Assembly: GCF_030028105.1 (NCBI RefSeq) | Contig: NC_092378.1 | Location: 30,312,715 to 30,376,714 of the forward strand | DNA: 64,000 bases | Reading direction: 5' to 3' | Source: Mobula birostris | Taxonomy: Eukaryota | Part shown: one piece after another, positions 1-13,490 of the stretch | Layout of the letters: every line of letters starts with the position of its first letter | How positions within the stretch are numbered: the stretch's first letter is position 1 | The notes under the pieces: generated by a model | The model's database searches: none | What the model saw: the letters and a program-made list of their open reading frames with translations, nothing else | What the model was told of the DNA's origin: nothing | Position numbers and translations under genes: made by a program

Positions 1-900
1 CGCATCCCTCATAGCTTTATGGAAATTGTCCCTTGACTTCTTGTAAAGGTCAGGGTCACCTGATTTGAACGCTGCAATCCTAGACTTCAGTAGGAAATGG
101 ATCTCCCAGTTCAATCATGGCTCCCCCTTTGGTAGATAGTTCCAAACACATTTGCTGATAAACTCCATGACAGTGGCAACATACTCATCTAAGCTGGTTG
201 CTAACTTTTTGAACATGGACCAGTCCACTGACTCAAAGCAGTTGCATAAAAATTTCTCAGTTTCTTCAATCAACACTATATGAATTTATATACTGGACCC
301 TCACATTTCAGCTTCTGTTTGTATGCAGGGAGAGCAAGCACTGCCTGGACTGATTTACCAAAGTCTAGATGTGAGTTGGGGTGGCTCGGTAGGCATCTTT
401 GATCCTTGTGAAGCAACAGTCAAGGGTGATTGGGCCCCTGGTAGGACAGGAGACATGTTGGTAGTGTTCTAGTAATATACTCCAGAAGATGGTTTGGTTG
501 AAATCACTGGCAATGATGAAGGATCTTCAGGGTATCCCATTTCAAGGGTGTTAACCAAGGAGTTTAGTTCATTGACTGCAGATTTCATGTCTGCCTGGGG
601 AGGGGATGAAAACTAACTTAAGAATAGCTGAAGTGAACTCCCATGGCAGGTGTATGGGTGACACTTCAATGTTAGGTATTCCAGGCTGGGTTAGCTGGAA
701 GTCACCAGGAATGAGATACAATATGGTTGTATCTCATTCAAATAGTCAACACTTACCCAAAATTGCTTTTAAAATTTACTTACTTTCTCTTTGCTATGTT
801 ATCTGCAGCTCTGGAATTCTATTGAAATCAACGGAGTTTCCAAACCTAGAAGTGGAGTGGCATGCTATAGGTGTCTCTCCAGAATAATGCAAGACTGGTC
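1..900 (-). mobile_element. Degenerate Rex1/Babar-type non-LTR retrotransposon fragment (endonuclease-to-RT linker)
   Basis: Reverse strand gives broken remnants such as FGKS..LLPAYKQKLKCEGP, resembling the Rex element at 20.8-21.5 kb. Many stops; boundaries approximate. Confidence 0.55.
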
Positions 901-1744
901 ATTGTTGTTGGAATTCATGTGGAATCCAGAGGCAGACCATAGGAACAAATGCAATACCGTTCACCAGCACATACATGGGCAAGGAGTCAGGCCAGCACCA
1001 AGCTGCAGTTTCCATCAAGATCATAGTTTGGGGACAGAGAGGGGAGGTGGGGGGAGGTAGGGGACAGGTTAGAGCAGTGGTTCCCAAAGTGGGCAATATC
1101 ACCCCCCCCCCGGGGGGGGGCAGAATTTATAAGAGGGCGATAAAGATAAAGGGAGTGGTGTGGATGGGGGTGCTCGGTAGCAAGAGTTGCAGTTGAAGGA
1201 TTATAGACTTAAATTAAGAAATTACTTATTATAAAAGCATTTGATCCTCAGTGCCTCATAATTCATTACATGTAATCACCTCATCTCTTACTAAACCACC
1301 ATTCTCTTAGACTTTGCTTGAAGTGCACTATAACTGTTGAAAATCAATGACATGCTTCTGTATTTGGCATATAATGAGAAATCTGAAATTAAGAAATTGT
1401 ATTACTTCCAGGCCCAGCCTGCGCATTATTGCCGTTCACTACTGTAGTGAATCAGCTAGTACGATTTCCATGGTCTACTCAGGCAGTGATGCAATTCCTG
1501 TAAATTAGGGTATGATGTTCAATGGGGTAAAGTTCAGAATCTGCCCTTTTAAATGGCCTTGATGGCATTTCTCAAGCCCACAGCCCAACTGAGATATCAC
1601 TGCCCCACTTTATGTACCTTCAGGCAGAGAGTCAGGTTTTGTCTGAACTATGATGATGTCATAACTTTTCCCTTTACTGATCACAATGCTTGAGGATGGG
1701 CTTAAACAACAGGCGATTGACTGTGGTCATTAATCCATAACAAA

Positions 1745-2020
1745 AATGACAGAGGCAGTCCAAATGAAAAGGAAGTGTAGACAGAATGGTGTAGAATATC
1801 TGAAATAATGGCTTTATACCAGCACCAAACAACGGCCAATGTGTCTGTTGAGTTCTTTTCCCAAATGAGACAATGAAGCCATCCAGGCTCCTTGAACATT
1901 TGAAGAGAATACACTCTGATAAAGCAAACAAGAACTTGGCTTACATTCATTCACTTCATGAAAACTTTCCAAAACAAAAGCACTTCAAAACATGCTTGCC
2001 AGCACTTCATAATAAAGCAG
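1745..2020 (+). mobile_element. hAT (Charlie/Buster-like) transposase N-terminal fragment
   Basis: KRKCRQ..VEYLK/GFIPAPNN...NETMKPSRLLEHLKRIH matches the BED-finger N-terminus of Buster/Charlie transposases; frameshifted. Confidence 0.7.
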
Positions 2021-2059
2021 TGATGGTTGAGCAGAGGTTCTGGTCAAAAGCACAAAAAA

Positions 2060-3110
2060 TTAGTATATAAAGCAATTAGGAAGGTAAGTAGTATGATGTC
2101 TTGAATGCAAAAGGCATACACTTCAAAGTGAAAGAAGTCTTGCTACAATTACAAGGGTTTGGTAAGACAAGACCTAAACTATCATGTTAAGTTCTGTATG
2201 TCATACCAAATGAGGAAACAAGTGTGGGAGAGCAACAAAAGTTTACCAACAAGTGGAAAACGATTCAGGAATAGACTATGGCTTTTGTTCTCTAGAGCAG
2301 AGGTTACCAAATTGAGGATTACGGCTTTTAAGAGTACCACAGAACAAATATGAATCTGGTGTGGATGAAGATTAGTTAATGGACAGTCAACAGGGAGTAG
2401 GAATAAATAGGACATTTTATACCTGGGAGGCTGTGGTTAATAGAATGGTGCGGGGACTGGTGCTCAGGTCTGTGTCATTGGCTTGGCTGGGGGTATCAAG
2501 TACAACATATCTAGGTTTGCAGATGATAGAAAATCAAGTGGCAGTGTGGGTTGTGAAGAAAGGCTTCAGGGGACTACAAGCAGGTTGTTAAATGGGGACA
2601 AATTGACAAATGGAATACAATGTGGTAACATGTAAAATCTCTGTGCCTTCTTCTCATTGCTACTATCAGAGATCCTGTTCAGTTCCTGGGCTTTGGAGTT
2701 TCCTTAAAGGCCATGATGTCAGAATTATTTCTACTCCACACCTGTAGAAGTATTTAATAACATGGCACATCTCTTTGGTCTTGAATATACTCTGTTACTT
2801 AGACTCTAACCCTCTAGGGATTCCAAAGCTTCCCATTTTATAGCGTGAAAAATGATTCACCTCCATCCTAAATGGCTGACCCTTATTTTGTGATAGTGAC
2901 TCCTGGTTCTAGACATCCCAATAAAAGGAAATATCAAGTCCAGCTCTATCATGTCAAGCTTTTGTGTTTTAATTACATCATTACTAATTTTTTAAAGTCT
3001 TGTAAAAACATAATCTGTTTATATCTTCATTAATGAGAAATCACCATCCCAGAATAAATCTAGTGGACTTGCACTGGCCTCCTTCTGCTCTTTCTTTGGA
3101 CAGAGACCCC
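2060..3110. mobile_element. Highly decayed CR1 LINE fragments in both orientations
   Basis: Remnants of CR1 RT and 3' sequence resembling the copy at 32.1-33.3 kb, e.g. caaattgacaaatggaatacaatgtgg. Confidence 0.5.
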
Positions 3111-3709
3111 TTAACTGTCTACAATATTCCAGGACTTTACCAGCTTGGTCTGCAGTGGTACTGTACTACTAAACTACATTTGACGATACACAGCAAATAC
3201 TCACACACTAAGAACGTTCTGTACCCTTACCACCTTCAAATCTCCTTTCTGTGGTCTTCATCGCACTTTGCCACCATTTCTAGTGGGTTTGTTCTGTTGG
3301 TGTAACAGGGTGTAACCAGGAATTTTGTACAAAAATGGAATATTGACTAAAAGATAGAATTTTGTAAATATGACTAGATTAGATTGTTACTTGACCGGTG
3401 ACTAGTTTGTCATGAGTTGTAAGTGTTTCAGAGGAGGATTTTCAGTATCAGCCACAGTGGGTACACATTTTTCTTACCCAGACCTGGTGCCTGATTTTTC
3501 TATTGTGTTTTGATTTTGTGGTTTCATACAAGTCCGTGTCTATAAGGCTGTTTCAGAGAGTAATTAAGAACTAACCACATTACTGTACATCTGCTGACAT
3601 ACTTTGGCAATACCAGGTGAAACATTGGTGAGCCAGTCAGGTTTTTATAAAAATCTAGTAATTTTACCATTACTGATTACTAACATCTTAGGCAAGATTG
3701 TTTATTCAG

Positions 3710-4407
3710 TAACTAAATATCAACTCAACATAAGTACGACCAGAGATTTGATTGTGAACTTCAGAAAGGGTAAGATGAGAGAACACACACCAATCCTCAT
3801 CAAGATTTCAATTTCAAGTTCCTGGATGTCAACATCTCTGAGGATCTATCCTGGACCTAATATATCAATGCAGTTACAAAGAAGGTACAACAGTGGTTAT
3901 ATTTGATTCGGAGTTTCAGGAGATTTGGTATATCGCCAAAAAGACTTGCAAATTTCTACAGATGTACTGTGATGGCCATTCTAACCGGCTGTATCAATAT
4001 CTGGTATGGCGGCATGGTGGGGGGGGGGGCGGGGGAGAAGGGAAAAGGGAGGAAGCACTGCACAGGATTAAACTAGGCGGCAGAAAGCTGTAAACTCAAT
4101 CAGCTCCATCATGGGTACTACCCTCCCCAGCATTCAGCACATTTTCAAGGAGTGATACCTCAAAAAGGCACCTTTAAGGACCCCCAATGATTCAGGAATA
4201 GCTTCTTCCCCTCTGCCATATTTCTGAATGGACATTGAACCCATGAACACTGCCTCACTACCTTTCTTATTCCTCTCTTTTTGTACTGCTTATTTAATTT
4301 AATATATATATAGTAATTTAGTTTTTATTATGTATTGCAATATACTACTGCCGCATAACAAATTTCACAACATATGCCAGTGATATTAAACCTGATTGTG
4401 ATTCTGA
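3710..4407 (+). mobile_element. Rex1/Babar LINE 3' fragment
   Basis: LNISTTRDLIVNFRK motif; 3' tail ATATTAAACCTGATTGTGATTCTGA like other Rex tails in the window. Confidence 0.75.
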
Positions 4408-4825
4408 AATCCACAACTGCCAACAATCAGCTGATGGTCCATATAGGTTCGAACAACAATGCTGCAAAATAAATGAATGCATGGCAGACCAATAACTCCC
4501 TTAGATAATAAAAGCTTTAACAAAATAGAAACATCCCAAGTAACTCAGTAGACCAATTACAAACATTGGCATCAAGATAGATAAGATATTAAGAAAGATT
4601 ATTTTAAGGAATGTCCTAGGCAAGAAGGAAATTCCAAAGTTTAGACCCTTCAAACTTCAACGGAGCAATTAGAAATGTGCAATATGCCACAACTGTAGGG
4701 TTGATTTCAAATTGGAAATTACATACATATACGGAGAGGAGGACAATGGAAAGACCAGAAAGCAGGGATGAGAACTGTAAAATTAAAGTATCTTAAAACT
4801 GTAAACTAGTAACTAAAGGCATTAA

Positions 4826-6620
4826 AAACAAAAACAACAGGAATTCTGCAGATGCTGGAAATTCAAGCAACACACATCAAAGTTGCTGGTGAACGCAGCA
4901 GGCCAGGCAGCATCTGTAGGAAGAGGTGCAGTCGACGTTTCAGGCTGAGACCCTTTGTCAGGACTAACTGAAGGAAGAGTGAGTAAGGGATTTGAAAGTA
5001 GGAGGGGGAGGGGGAGATCCAAAATGATAGGAGAAGACAGGAGGGGGAGGGATAGAGCCAAGAGCTGGACAGGTGATAGGCAAAAGGGGATACGAGAGGA
5101 TCATGGGACAGGAGGTCCGGGAAGAAAGACAAGGGGGGGGGGACCCAGAGGATGGGCAAGAGGTATATTCAGACGGACAGAGAGAGAAAAAGGAGAGTGA
5201 GAGAAAGAATGTGTGCATAAAAATAAGTAACAGATGGGGTACGAGGGGGAAGTGGGGCCTTAGCGGAAGTTAGAGAAGTCGATGTTCATGCCATCAGGTT
5301 GGAGGCTACCCAGACGGAATATAAGGTGTTGTTCCTCCAACCTGAGTGTGGCTTCATCTTTACAGTAGAAGAGGCCGTGGATAGACATGTCAGAATGGGA
5401 ATGGGATGTGGAATTAAAATGTGTGGCCACTGGGAGATCCTGCTTTCTCTGGCGGACAGAGCGTAGATGTTCAGCAAAGCAGTCTCCCAGTCTGCGTCGG
5501 GTCCCGCCAATATATAAAAGGCCACATCGGGAGCACCGGACGCAGTATATCACCCCAGTCGACTCACAGGTGAAGTGTTGCCTCACCTGGAAGGACTGTT
5601 TGGGGCCCTGAATGGTGGTAAGGGAGGAAGTGTAAGGGCATGTGTAGCACTTGTTCCACTTACACGGATAAGTGCCAGGAGGGAGATCAGTGGGGAGGGA
5701 TGGGGGGGACGAATGGACAAGGGAGTTGCGTAGGGAGCGATCCCTGCGGAATGCAGGGGGCGGGGGAGGGAAAGATATGCTTAGTGGTGGGATCCCACTG
5801 GAGGTGGCGGAAGTTACGGAGAATAATATGTTGGACCCGGAGGCTGGTGGGGTGGTAGGTGAGGGCCAGGGGAACCCTATTCCTAGTGGAGTGGCAGGAG
5901 GATGGAGTGAGAGCAGATGTACGTGAAATGGGGGAGATGCGTTTAAGAGCAGAGTTGATAGTGGAGGAAGGGAAGCCCCTTTCTTTAAAAAAGGAAGACA
6001 TCTCCCTCGTCCTAGAATGAAAAGCCTCATCCTGAGAGCAGATGCGGCGGAGACGGAGGAATTGCGAGAAGGGGATGGCGTTTTTGCAAGAGACAGGGTG
6101 AGAAGAGGAATAGTCCAGAAGCTGTGAGAGTCAGTAGGCTTATAGTAGACATCAGTGGATAAGCTGTCTCCAGAGACAGAGACAGAAAGATCTAGAAAGG
6201 GGAGGGAGGTGTCGGAAATGGACCAGGTAAACTTGAGGGCAGGGTGAAAGTTGGAGGCAAAGTTAATAAAGTCAACAAGTTCTGCATGCGTGCAGGAAAC
6301 AGCGCCAATGCAGTCGTCGATGTAGCGAAGGAAAAGTGGGGGACAGATACCAGAATAGGCACGGAACATAGATTGTTCCACAAACCTAACAAAAAGGCAG
6401 GCATAGCTAGGACTCATACGGGTGCCCATAGCTACACCTTTAGTTTGGAGGAAGTGGGAGGAGCCAAAGAAGAAATTATTAAGAGTAAGGACTAATTCTG
6501 CTGGACGGAGCAGAGTGGTGGTAGAGGGGAACTGATTAGGTCTGGAATCCAAAAAGAAGCGTAGAGCTTTGAGACCTTCCTGATGGGGGATGGAAGTATA
6601 TAAGGACTGGATATTCACAT
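4826..6620 (-). mobile_element. Penelope-like retroelement (RT + GIY-YIG endonuclease), 5'-truncated, 12-bp TSD
   Basis: ORF 5260-6618 has RT motifs (QTKGVAMGT, FLRYIDD) and a GIY-YIG domain (VIYCVRCSRCGLLYIG...RRL...EH), with compensating frameshifts near 6120 and 5760. Identical TAAAGGCATTAA at 4814-4825 and 6621-6632. Confidence 0.93.
4929..4966 (-). ncRNA. Minimal type I hammerhead ribozyme motif in Penelope 3' region (G8-to-A variant, probably inactive)
   Basis: Minus strand TAGTC-CTGACAA-AGGGTCTCAGCCT-GAAA-C-GTC-GACTG: stem I AGTC/GACT, stem II AGG/CCT, palindromic ACGT stem III. Core reads CUGACAA instead of CUGANGA. Confidence 0.75.
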
Positions 6621-7399
6621 TAAAGGCATTAATTTCCTTATGCTTGTTTTTACCCTAAAAGTTCCTTTATGATTTCACAAGATATCAGAGCTTTATGATC
6701 ACTGTGACATCAGCTGTAATTCTGTCACCACATATGGAAAGTTATTTTATTGGTTCATAATCTTAAATAATCCAGGTTATGACATGACAATAACGTGAAC
6801 AAGGTTTAAATACTTTTCCAATTCAAATGCTATTACAACAAGCAAGTGGCCAAGCAAAAATGTTATTTAAGGAGAAGCATCATTGTTCTTTACTGAATGC
6901 AATTAAAAAGATCAACTCTGGATAAATTTGAAAAACTACTAGACAGGAACTATTAAACAAAAATAACGATGAGAATGCTAACAGAGTAAAAAATTGTATC
7001 TTGATTTCTGCAGCTATTTATGCTTTAACAGCATAAAACTTAGTAGGTAGTTCCGTTTCCTTAACTCTACAATTTGATTGACCAAATTACAAACATTAAA
7101 ACAAGGTCAAATTTGCAATGCCCCTGCTTTGAATGGCAGCTGAGCTACAAGAGAGCCATTAATTATACACTTTTGAAAGACTAATATGTATATATAAAAC
7201 ACACGTGTAAAGTATTTCTATGATAGGGTACTTTTGTAAAGATCGATTACATTTTGCATGCACAGATTTTTTTTTCACAATGAGCCGAATGAATGGATTT
7301 AAGTGACAATACAGCTAAGTCTTCGTTTTGGAAAACTAATGGAAAGCACAATGATAAACGGAAAGAGGAAATGATCCCATCTGCACCCATACCCATTAC

Positions 7400-8150
7400 A
7401 AATGGCACTTAGCCATCAAAAATAATTTCGCCCTAAAAGCCGCATCGCTTCAATAAGTGTATTTGCTGCAATCAGAAATATTGCACGCACAATAAAGTCC
7501 ACATCTTCCTAGGAACTCAACTATTATTTTTCGCCCAAAGTGCCGCGACCCCACACAGGATGAAATATTTGGAAAGTCCGACCCCAGTGCCAACACACCA
7601 GAAGTGAGAGCCTGGAATACACTGCTGAACAATGCACCTCCTCTCTCTACACAGTTCCCCCAGCCCTTCTCATCCTACCTCACACTGTAATAGGACATCT
7701 TTCGGCGCCGTTGCTATGGTGTTGGCGGCAGCTCCGGTCTCCCGCTCCCGACTCCGTCACTCAACGCCAACTCACTCCGGGGCTCAGCTCCGGCCGTAGC
7801 AACGCACCGTCTAACAAACACCATTCCCATTGGCCCCCTCCGTCTACCCACCCAACACGTCATCTCTTTCCATTACTGTTGGTTCATGCCGTTTTCCTGT
7901 GGAAGCGGAGTTTTCAAGCAATCTGTTGGTAACGTAACCAAAAGTTACCACGCAGGTCCTGAAATCACTAGCGCCTCAGCGCTGTCTGACAATCTGCCAC
8001 GAGTATCCTGATCGTTTTGTTCCCCGCCCACGCCCACGCTGCGGTTAGGAGTATTCGGCTACTGGGCTGCTACGTGCAGACAGTCTGTCAGCCTTCTGGC
8101 CGAGTGTCTGGCAATCGGGTAGATGCAGGTCTATTCGGTAAACTAGATGA
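7400..8150 (-). promoter_or_regulatory. CpG-island promoter with RFX X-box-like half-sites
   Basis: CpG-dense non-repetitive block; GTTGCTATGG at 7710-7719, CCGTAGCAAC at 7794-7803, ATTGG near 7829. Confidence 0.7.
7679..7698 (-). CDS. TULP3: Putative first coding exon of a tubby-family gene, probably TULP3 (MSYYSV-R, phase 2)
   Basis: ATG at 7698 in a CpG island, then ATG TCC TAT TAC AGT GTG AG|GTAGGA donor. Position and strand match the FOXM1-RHNO1-TULP3 order known in human. Only about 7 codons are visible, so identity rests on synteny. Confidence 0.5.
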
Positions 8151-8629
8151 GCATCATCTATAGAAAAGGTGTCGACTGATTTCACCCCTTACTGGTGTAA
8201 TACTAAAATAATGCTCGATTGTTTGCACTTTCTCGCCATTGAAAGAACTGAATTGGAATCTCTAACCGCGTTTTGAGAAGTTAGACCACCCTCACTCTCA
8301 GTCTTATATACCCTGCCAATAGAAATGAGATAGGAAGATTAGAGAGTAACTTATTTTAAACTCATAGAGCATGGAAACAAATCCTCTACCCCACTGTGTT
8401 CGGCCAAAATATCAAATACCAAGCTATACTAATCACATTTTCTAGCGCCTTCCACGTCATGGCATTTCAAATGGTCATGTAAATATTTCTTAAAAGTTGT
8501 GAGAATGCTTCGCTCCTCCAGTCCCTCAGACAATGTGTTCTAAATTTCGATCGTCCTCCGGGTGAAAAAAAAAGTTTTCTCAAATCTCCTCTAAACCTCC
8601 CCTCCCTTATAATGCCTCCCACCCGTTCC

Positions 8630-9050
8630 CTTTAAGGTAAATTTCTTATCAAAGTACATATATGTCGCCATACAACCCTGAGATTTAATTTTCTTGTGGG
8701 CATACACAATAAATCCATATTAGAATCAACGAAGACTGCACCCATTGTCCAAAAAAAACCCAACAAAATGGGCAAATACAAAAATAATGAAATAATAATT
8801 GAATATGCAGTAAGTATTGAGAACAAAAGATGAAGAGTCCTTAAAATTGAGTCCATAGGCTATGGAAACATCTCAATGATGGGTTAAGTGAAGTTATCCC
8901 CTTTGCTTCAAGAGCCTGATGGTTGAGGGGTAATAATTGTTTTTGAACCTGGTGGTGTGAGTACTGAGGCTCCTGCACCGCCTTCCTGATGGCATCAGTG
9001 AGATATTGTACCAACAACATAAGAAAGAGCAGAGGTGAGGTCCAGCAAAA
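8630..9050 (-). mobile_element. Rex1/Babar LINE 3' end
   Basis: Reverse strand encodes the Rex C-terminus (LPSGRR...FKNNYYPSTIRLL) followed by the characteristic tail. Confidence 0.75.
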
Positions 9051-9139
9051 TGATTTTAAAATGGTACGCGGAATCTCAGGATTATTGTCCCACAGGCCAC
9101 TGAGGTGAGAAATAGATATGTTGTGCAGTTCACTATGTG

Positions 9140-11130
9140 ATGGTGCAGGAAGGAAGGCGTCGGATTTATGGATCCCTGTGCTCTCTTCCAGGGCAGGTGG
9201 CATACGTACAAACAAGATGGTTTGCATCTGAACTGGAGGGAAACCAATATCCTTAAAGTGAGTTTTGCTAGTGCTATTCAGGAAGGTTTAAACTAGAGTG
9301 GCAAGAGGAATGGGAATCAGCAGCAGCAAGGCAGTAGATGTATGACTGAGGGCAAGAAAGATGGTGTGACAAGTAAGAAGGAAAGCAGGGACAGCAAGAT
9401 GAATAAACATGACTAAAATGTGTTTATTTCAATGGTAGGGGCATTATGGATAGGGAGGACCTCTAGGTATTCATCCTGATGGAAATGTGGCTCCAGGATA
9501 CCACCCCTGAAGTGGCCATTCAGCTACCGGGTTTTATCTTTTATTAGATGGCCAGAAGACCCATGTCCTCTGGTAAGACTGTGTATCTATGTTAATAAGA
9601 ACTGGTGTGTGAACACTTCCGTAGTTGTGGTAATATTACTTTATGTACAGTATTGTCTATGAGTTGTATATACTGTGTTGTGCACCTTAGTCTGGAGGAA
9701 CATAGTTTTGTTTGAGAGTGTACATGTATATGGTCGAAATTATGATAAACTTAAATTTGAGAACCAACTTAAACCTTGGATCAGTACATGGAATTATGAT
9801 GATGTTGCCATTATGGGGACCTGGATGTGTGAGGGGCAAGATTAATTGCTGAACATTCCTGGGTTTTGTTGTTTTAGAGTTGAAAGGGAGGGTAATAGAG
9901 GTGGAGGTATTGCACTATTGATAAGGAAGAATGGCACAGCAATATTCAGAGAGTTCAGAGTTAATTTTAGTGGAGGTCAGAAATAGGATAGGTGGAATTA
10001 GCCTGATATGAATATACTAGCAGCCTCCCAATCACCACCAAGATTTGGGAGTACTGATGTGCAGCATCCTACATCAAAGATCCTCACCACCCAAGCCATG
10101 CTCATTTCACTGCTGCCATCAGGTAGAAGGTATAAGTGCCTCAGAACTTGCACCACCAGGTTCAAGAATAGTTACTACCCCTCAACCATCAGTCTCTTGA
10201 ACAAAAGGGGATAACTACACTCATTCTATCTCTGGTGTTCCCACAACCGTTGGTCTCATTTTAAAGACTCTTCATCGTGTTAACTCATACTCATTATTTA
10301 ATGCTAATTATATTTGTATTTCCACAATTTGTTGTGTTCTATAGATTTGCCAAGTATACCCACAGGAAAAGAATCTCAGGGTTGTATGAGGTGACATGTA
10401 TGTACTCGGATAATAAATTTTACTTTGAACTTTGAGATTTTGAATTTTATGGAAACTATAGAAACCACAGGGTTGTCATAGTGGGGGGGATTTTAACTTC
10501 ACGGGTATTGATTGGAACTTCCTTAATGAAAGATGCGTTGTTGGGGCAGGATTTCTTCATGCACCAAGAGAGGTTCTTGAAACAGTATGTGGAGAGTCCA
10601 GCTAGAGAAAAGAACATACTGAATCTAGTTTTGGTAAGTGAGCCAGGATAGGTAACAGACCTGATAATGTGTGAACATTTTGGAAATAGTAACCACAATT
10701 CATTATGTTTTAAGATAGGTATGAGAAAGGATAAAATTGAATACTATGGAAAGGTACCAGTATATATCTGCTGTCAGACAAGTCCTCATATGTTTAAAGA
10801 CCAGCTGAATGGAGTTCAAGATTGGCACATTCCAGTAAGGAGTAAGGACAAAGACGGTAAAGGAAGGGAACCTTGGATGACCTGGGGTCCTAAATTTAGT
10901 CAGGAAAGAAAAGGAAGCATAATTTATGCTCAGGCCTGCTTTGTGTGAATTAGGACTGTGTTCCCTGGAACATAGGAGATTGAGGGGTGACCATGGACCA
11001 ATACCATTAAGCAAGGGGTTTGTGGACCCAGTTTGGGAACCCCTTTGATAGAGAGATCATGAGGAACATTGAACATTGTATTAAAATAAGGGGGGTATAG
11101 GTTTAACATAAGAGTGTATTTAGAATGAAT
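9140..11130 (+). mobile_element. Decayed CR1 LINE (ORF1 esterase and APE remnants) interrupted by Rex fragments at about 9460-9760 and 10050-10435
   Basis: Similar to the CR1 at 29.9-31.5 kb (DGLHLNWRG, GDFNF-like, GNSNHN). Rex tail ends ATAATAAATTTTACTTTGAACTTTG. Confidence 0.65.
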
Positions 11131-11785
11131 CTAGAACAAAATACCTTCATAATGGTATTTTGTTCCAGGATTTCAGCACCTTCCTCACTGACTTCTCCAA
11201 CAATCATCTTCTTCTTCTCACTGAATATAGGATGAATATTCATTTAAGACCTCAGAATCAGCTTTAATATCACTGGCATCTATCGTGAAATTTGTTGTTT
11301 CGTGGCAGCAGTACATTGCTATACATAATAATAAAAAAGTATAACTTCCAATAAGAAATATATATATATATAAAATAGTGTACATGGGCTAATCGTCCAT
11401 TCAGAAACCACAACTACTTCCTCAAGCTTCATGCACAATTTCTACTAATAGATCCTACACTTTACCTGGTTATCTCTTGCCCTTAATATATTTATAAAAC
11501 ACTTAAGGATTTTCCTACCAGTTGCCCACAGTGTTATTTCCTGCCCCCCCCCCCCATCTTCACAAATGTTGTCTGTTTTCCATCATTTTCTGTGGTATCT
11601 TGGGATAAAAATCAAAGTAAGGGCAAAAAAAGGATATGAGAAGGATCTGGCTATCAAGTTGAACAAAATCCCAATAGATTCTATATGCATATGAGTAAAT
11701 GAGTGGCAAGGAAAAGAATATGGGCCTCTTTAAAGATCAATATGGCCATCTTTGTGTGAAACCAAAGGAAATGGGAGTGATTTTT

Positions 11786-12460
11786 AATTCAATTCAATTC
11801 AAGTTTAATTGTCATTCAACCATACATGAATACTCATAAATACAGCCCAATGAAACAATGTTACTTGGGTTCAAGGTGCAAAACAGTCATATATAGCACA
11901 AAGCACACACAAGATAGCAAGCACAAATGGTATCATAATCACGTAATAAGAGTTCAAAACTCGCATTATCAATCCAATGTCGACCACAATAGAGCCCGTC
12001 TCCCACTGAGTGAGCGCTGGGGGGGGGAGGGGGGGGCAGCATCAACTCCAGCCTGATGGCCGCACCACGCACCAACCATGGTGGAGTGCACCCACCTCCA
12101 CAACCCCCCCCCCCCGCCCCAGCCCTTGGTGACACCGCAGCTTGGGGCCCAGTCCTCGCATGTACAAGATAACAAGCACATACAGAATATCAGTACAATA
12201 CAAGCAGGCAAAATGTAGATGTGCATCATCCAGATCCTTCAGTCTATTGAGATCTTCAATTGACCACGATAGAACTTGTCTTCTGCCGAGTGAACACTGT
12301 GGGGTTGGGGGTAGCACCGACTCCAGTTCATGTGCCAGATGCTGTACCATGCCGCCCCCAGTGGAGCACACCAGTTCGGACGCCTCTCTCCCAGTGGCTG
12401 TAAAACAGGTGACCCCGCGGCCTGAGGCCTCGAGTCCATTGAGTGCCGCCAAAATCTGCA
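11786..12460 (-). mobile_element. Non-autonomous retroelement with GC-rich head and (TTGAA)n Rex-like tail, inserted in a CR1
   Basis: ATTCAATTCAATTCAAGTTTAATTG tail; CR1 sequence resumes on both sides; no RT coding. Confidence 0.55.
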
Positions 12461-12469
12461 GTTGACTAC

Positions 12470-13490
12470 AACAAAGCTTAATGAATATACCTCTTCAGCT
12501 TTTACCGTAGTGAAAACGATAAGAGCTCAGAAAATGAAGGAAATAAGTAAAGATGCCTTGAACCACATATGAATTAGCAGGGAAGAGATATTTGAGGTCT
12601 TAAAGTGTATTAAAGAGTTAAGTCCCCAAGGAGAGGTTAGTAAGTTTGAGACTTTATTCCTTGGAGCATAGGAGACTGAGAATAAATCTTAGAGACATGT
12701 ATAAAATCATGATGGGCATAGGTAGGTTGAATGCGCTCAGTTTTTTCATCAGGATTGGGGAATCAAGAACTAATGGGCATATTTTTAAGGTGGGGGGGAA
12801 AGATATAATAGGTACTTGAGGTATTGCATTTTGGAAGATCAAACCAGGATAGGACTTATACACTGAATTTTAGGGCTTAAGGTGCAATTAGTTTGCTGAA
12901 AATGGCATCTCAGATGGATGTAGTGGAGAAGTCGTCATTTGGCACATCGGTCGGTGGATTGAATACAGGAGTTGGAATATTACATTGTAGCATCGGTGAG
13001 GCCTCTCTTACAGTATTGTGAACAGTTTTGGTCACCCTGTTATAGGAGAGATGCTGTAAACTACAAAGAGTGCAGGAAATATTTATCAGAATGTTGCCTG
13101 GAATTGGGGGCCTGAATTACAAAGAGAAGTTGTGTGGATTAGGATTTTATTCCCTGGAACATAGGTGATTGAGGGGTGACTTAATAGAGAGATAATGAGA
13201 GGCATAAATATGGTGAAAGCACATTGTTTTTAACACCTCCTCCTTTCCCACGGAAGAGGTATTAAAAATAAAGGGGGGTGCATAAATTTAAGATCAGTGG
13301 TGTGTATTTGGAATGAAAGTTGAGGCAGCTGTATTAGCAACATTTAAAAACAATCTATATAAAGTACATGGATAGAAGAGGTTTAGAGAGCCATTGGACA
13401 AATGCAGCACACGGTACCAGCTCATTGGGCTACACAGTTGATATGGACAAGTTAGGCCAAAAGGCCTGCTTCCAAGCAATAAGACTACGA
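12470..13490 (+). mobile_element. Decayed CR1 LINE ORF2 and 3' fragments
   Basis: CR1 C-terminal remnants (tattgtgaacagttttggtcacc; gattgaggggtgacttaatagag) and 3' UTR. Confidence 0.65.

Noticed and set aside
1101-1121. C-run/G-run palindrome (CCCCCCCCCGGGGGGGGG) and other poly-G tracts as functional hairpins or G-quadruplexes
   Set aside because: Homopolymer runs occur throughout the decayed repeats here and are prone to slippage or sequencing error; nothing else supports function.
5260-6618. RT fused to a GIY-YIG nuclease next to a structured RNA, as a novel retron-like or defence system
   Set aside because: This is the standard Penelope-like element architecture, and the copy is frameshifted, truncated and TSD-flanked.
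1-7600. Further TULP3 coding exons
   Set aside because: No tubby-like peptide or convincing exon was found; the region is mostly repeats and is presumably intron 1.
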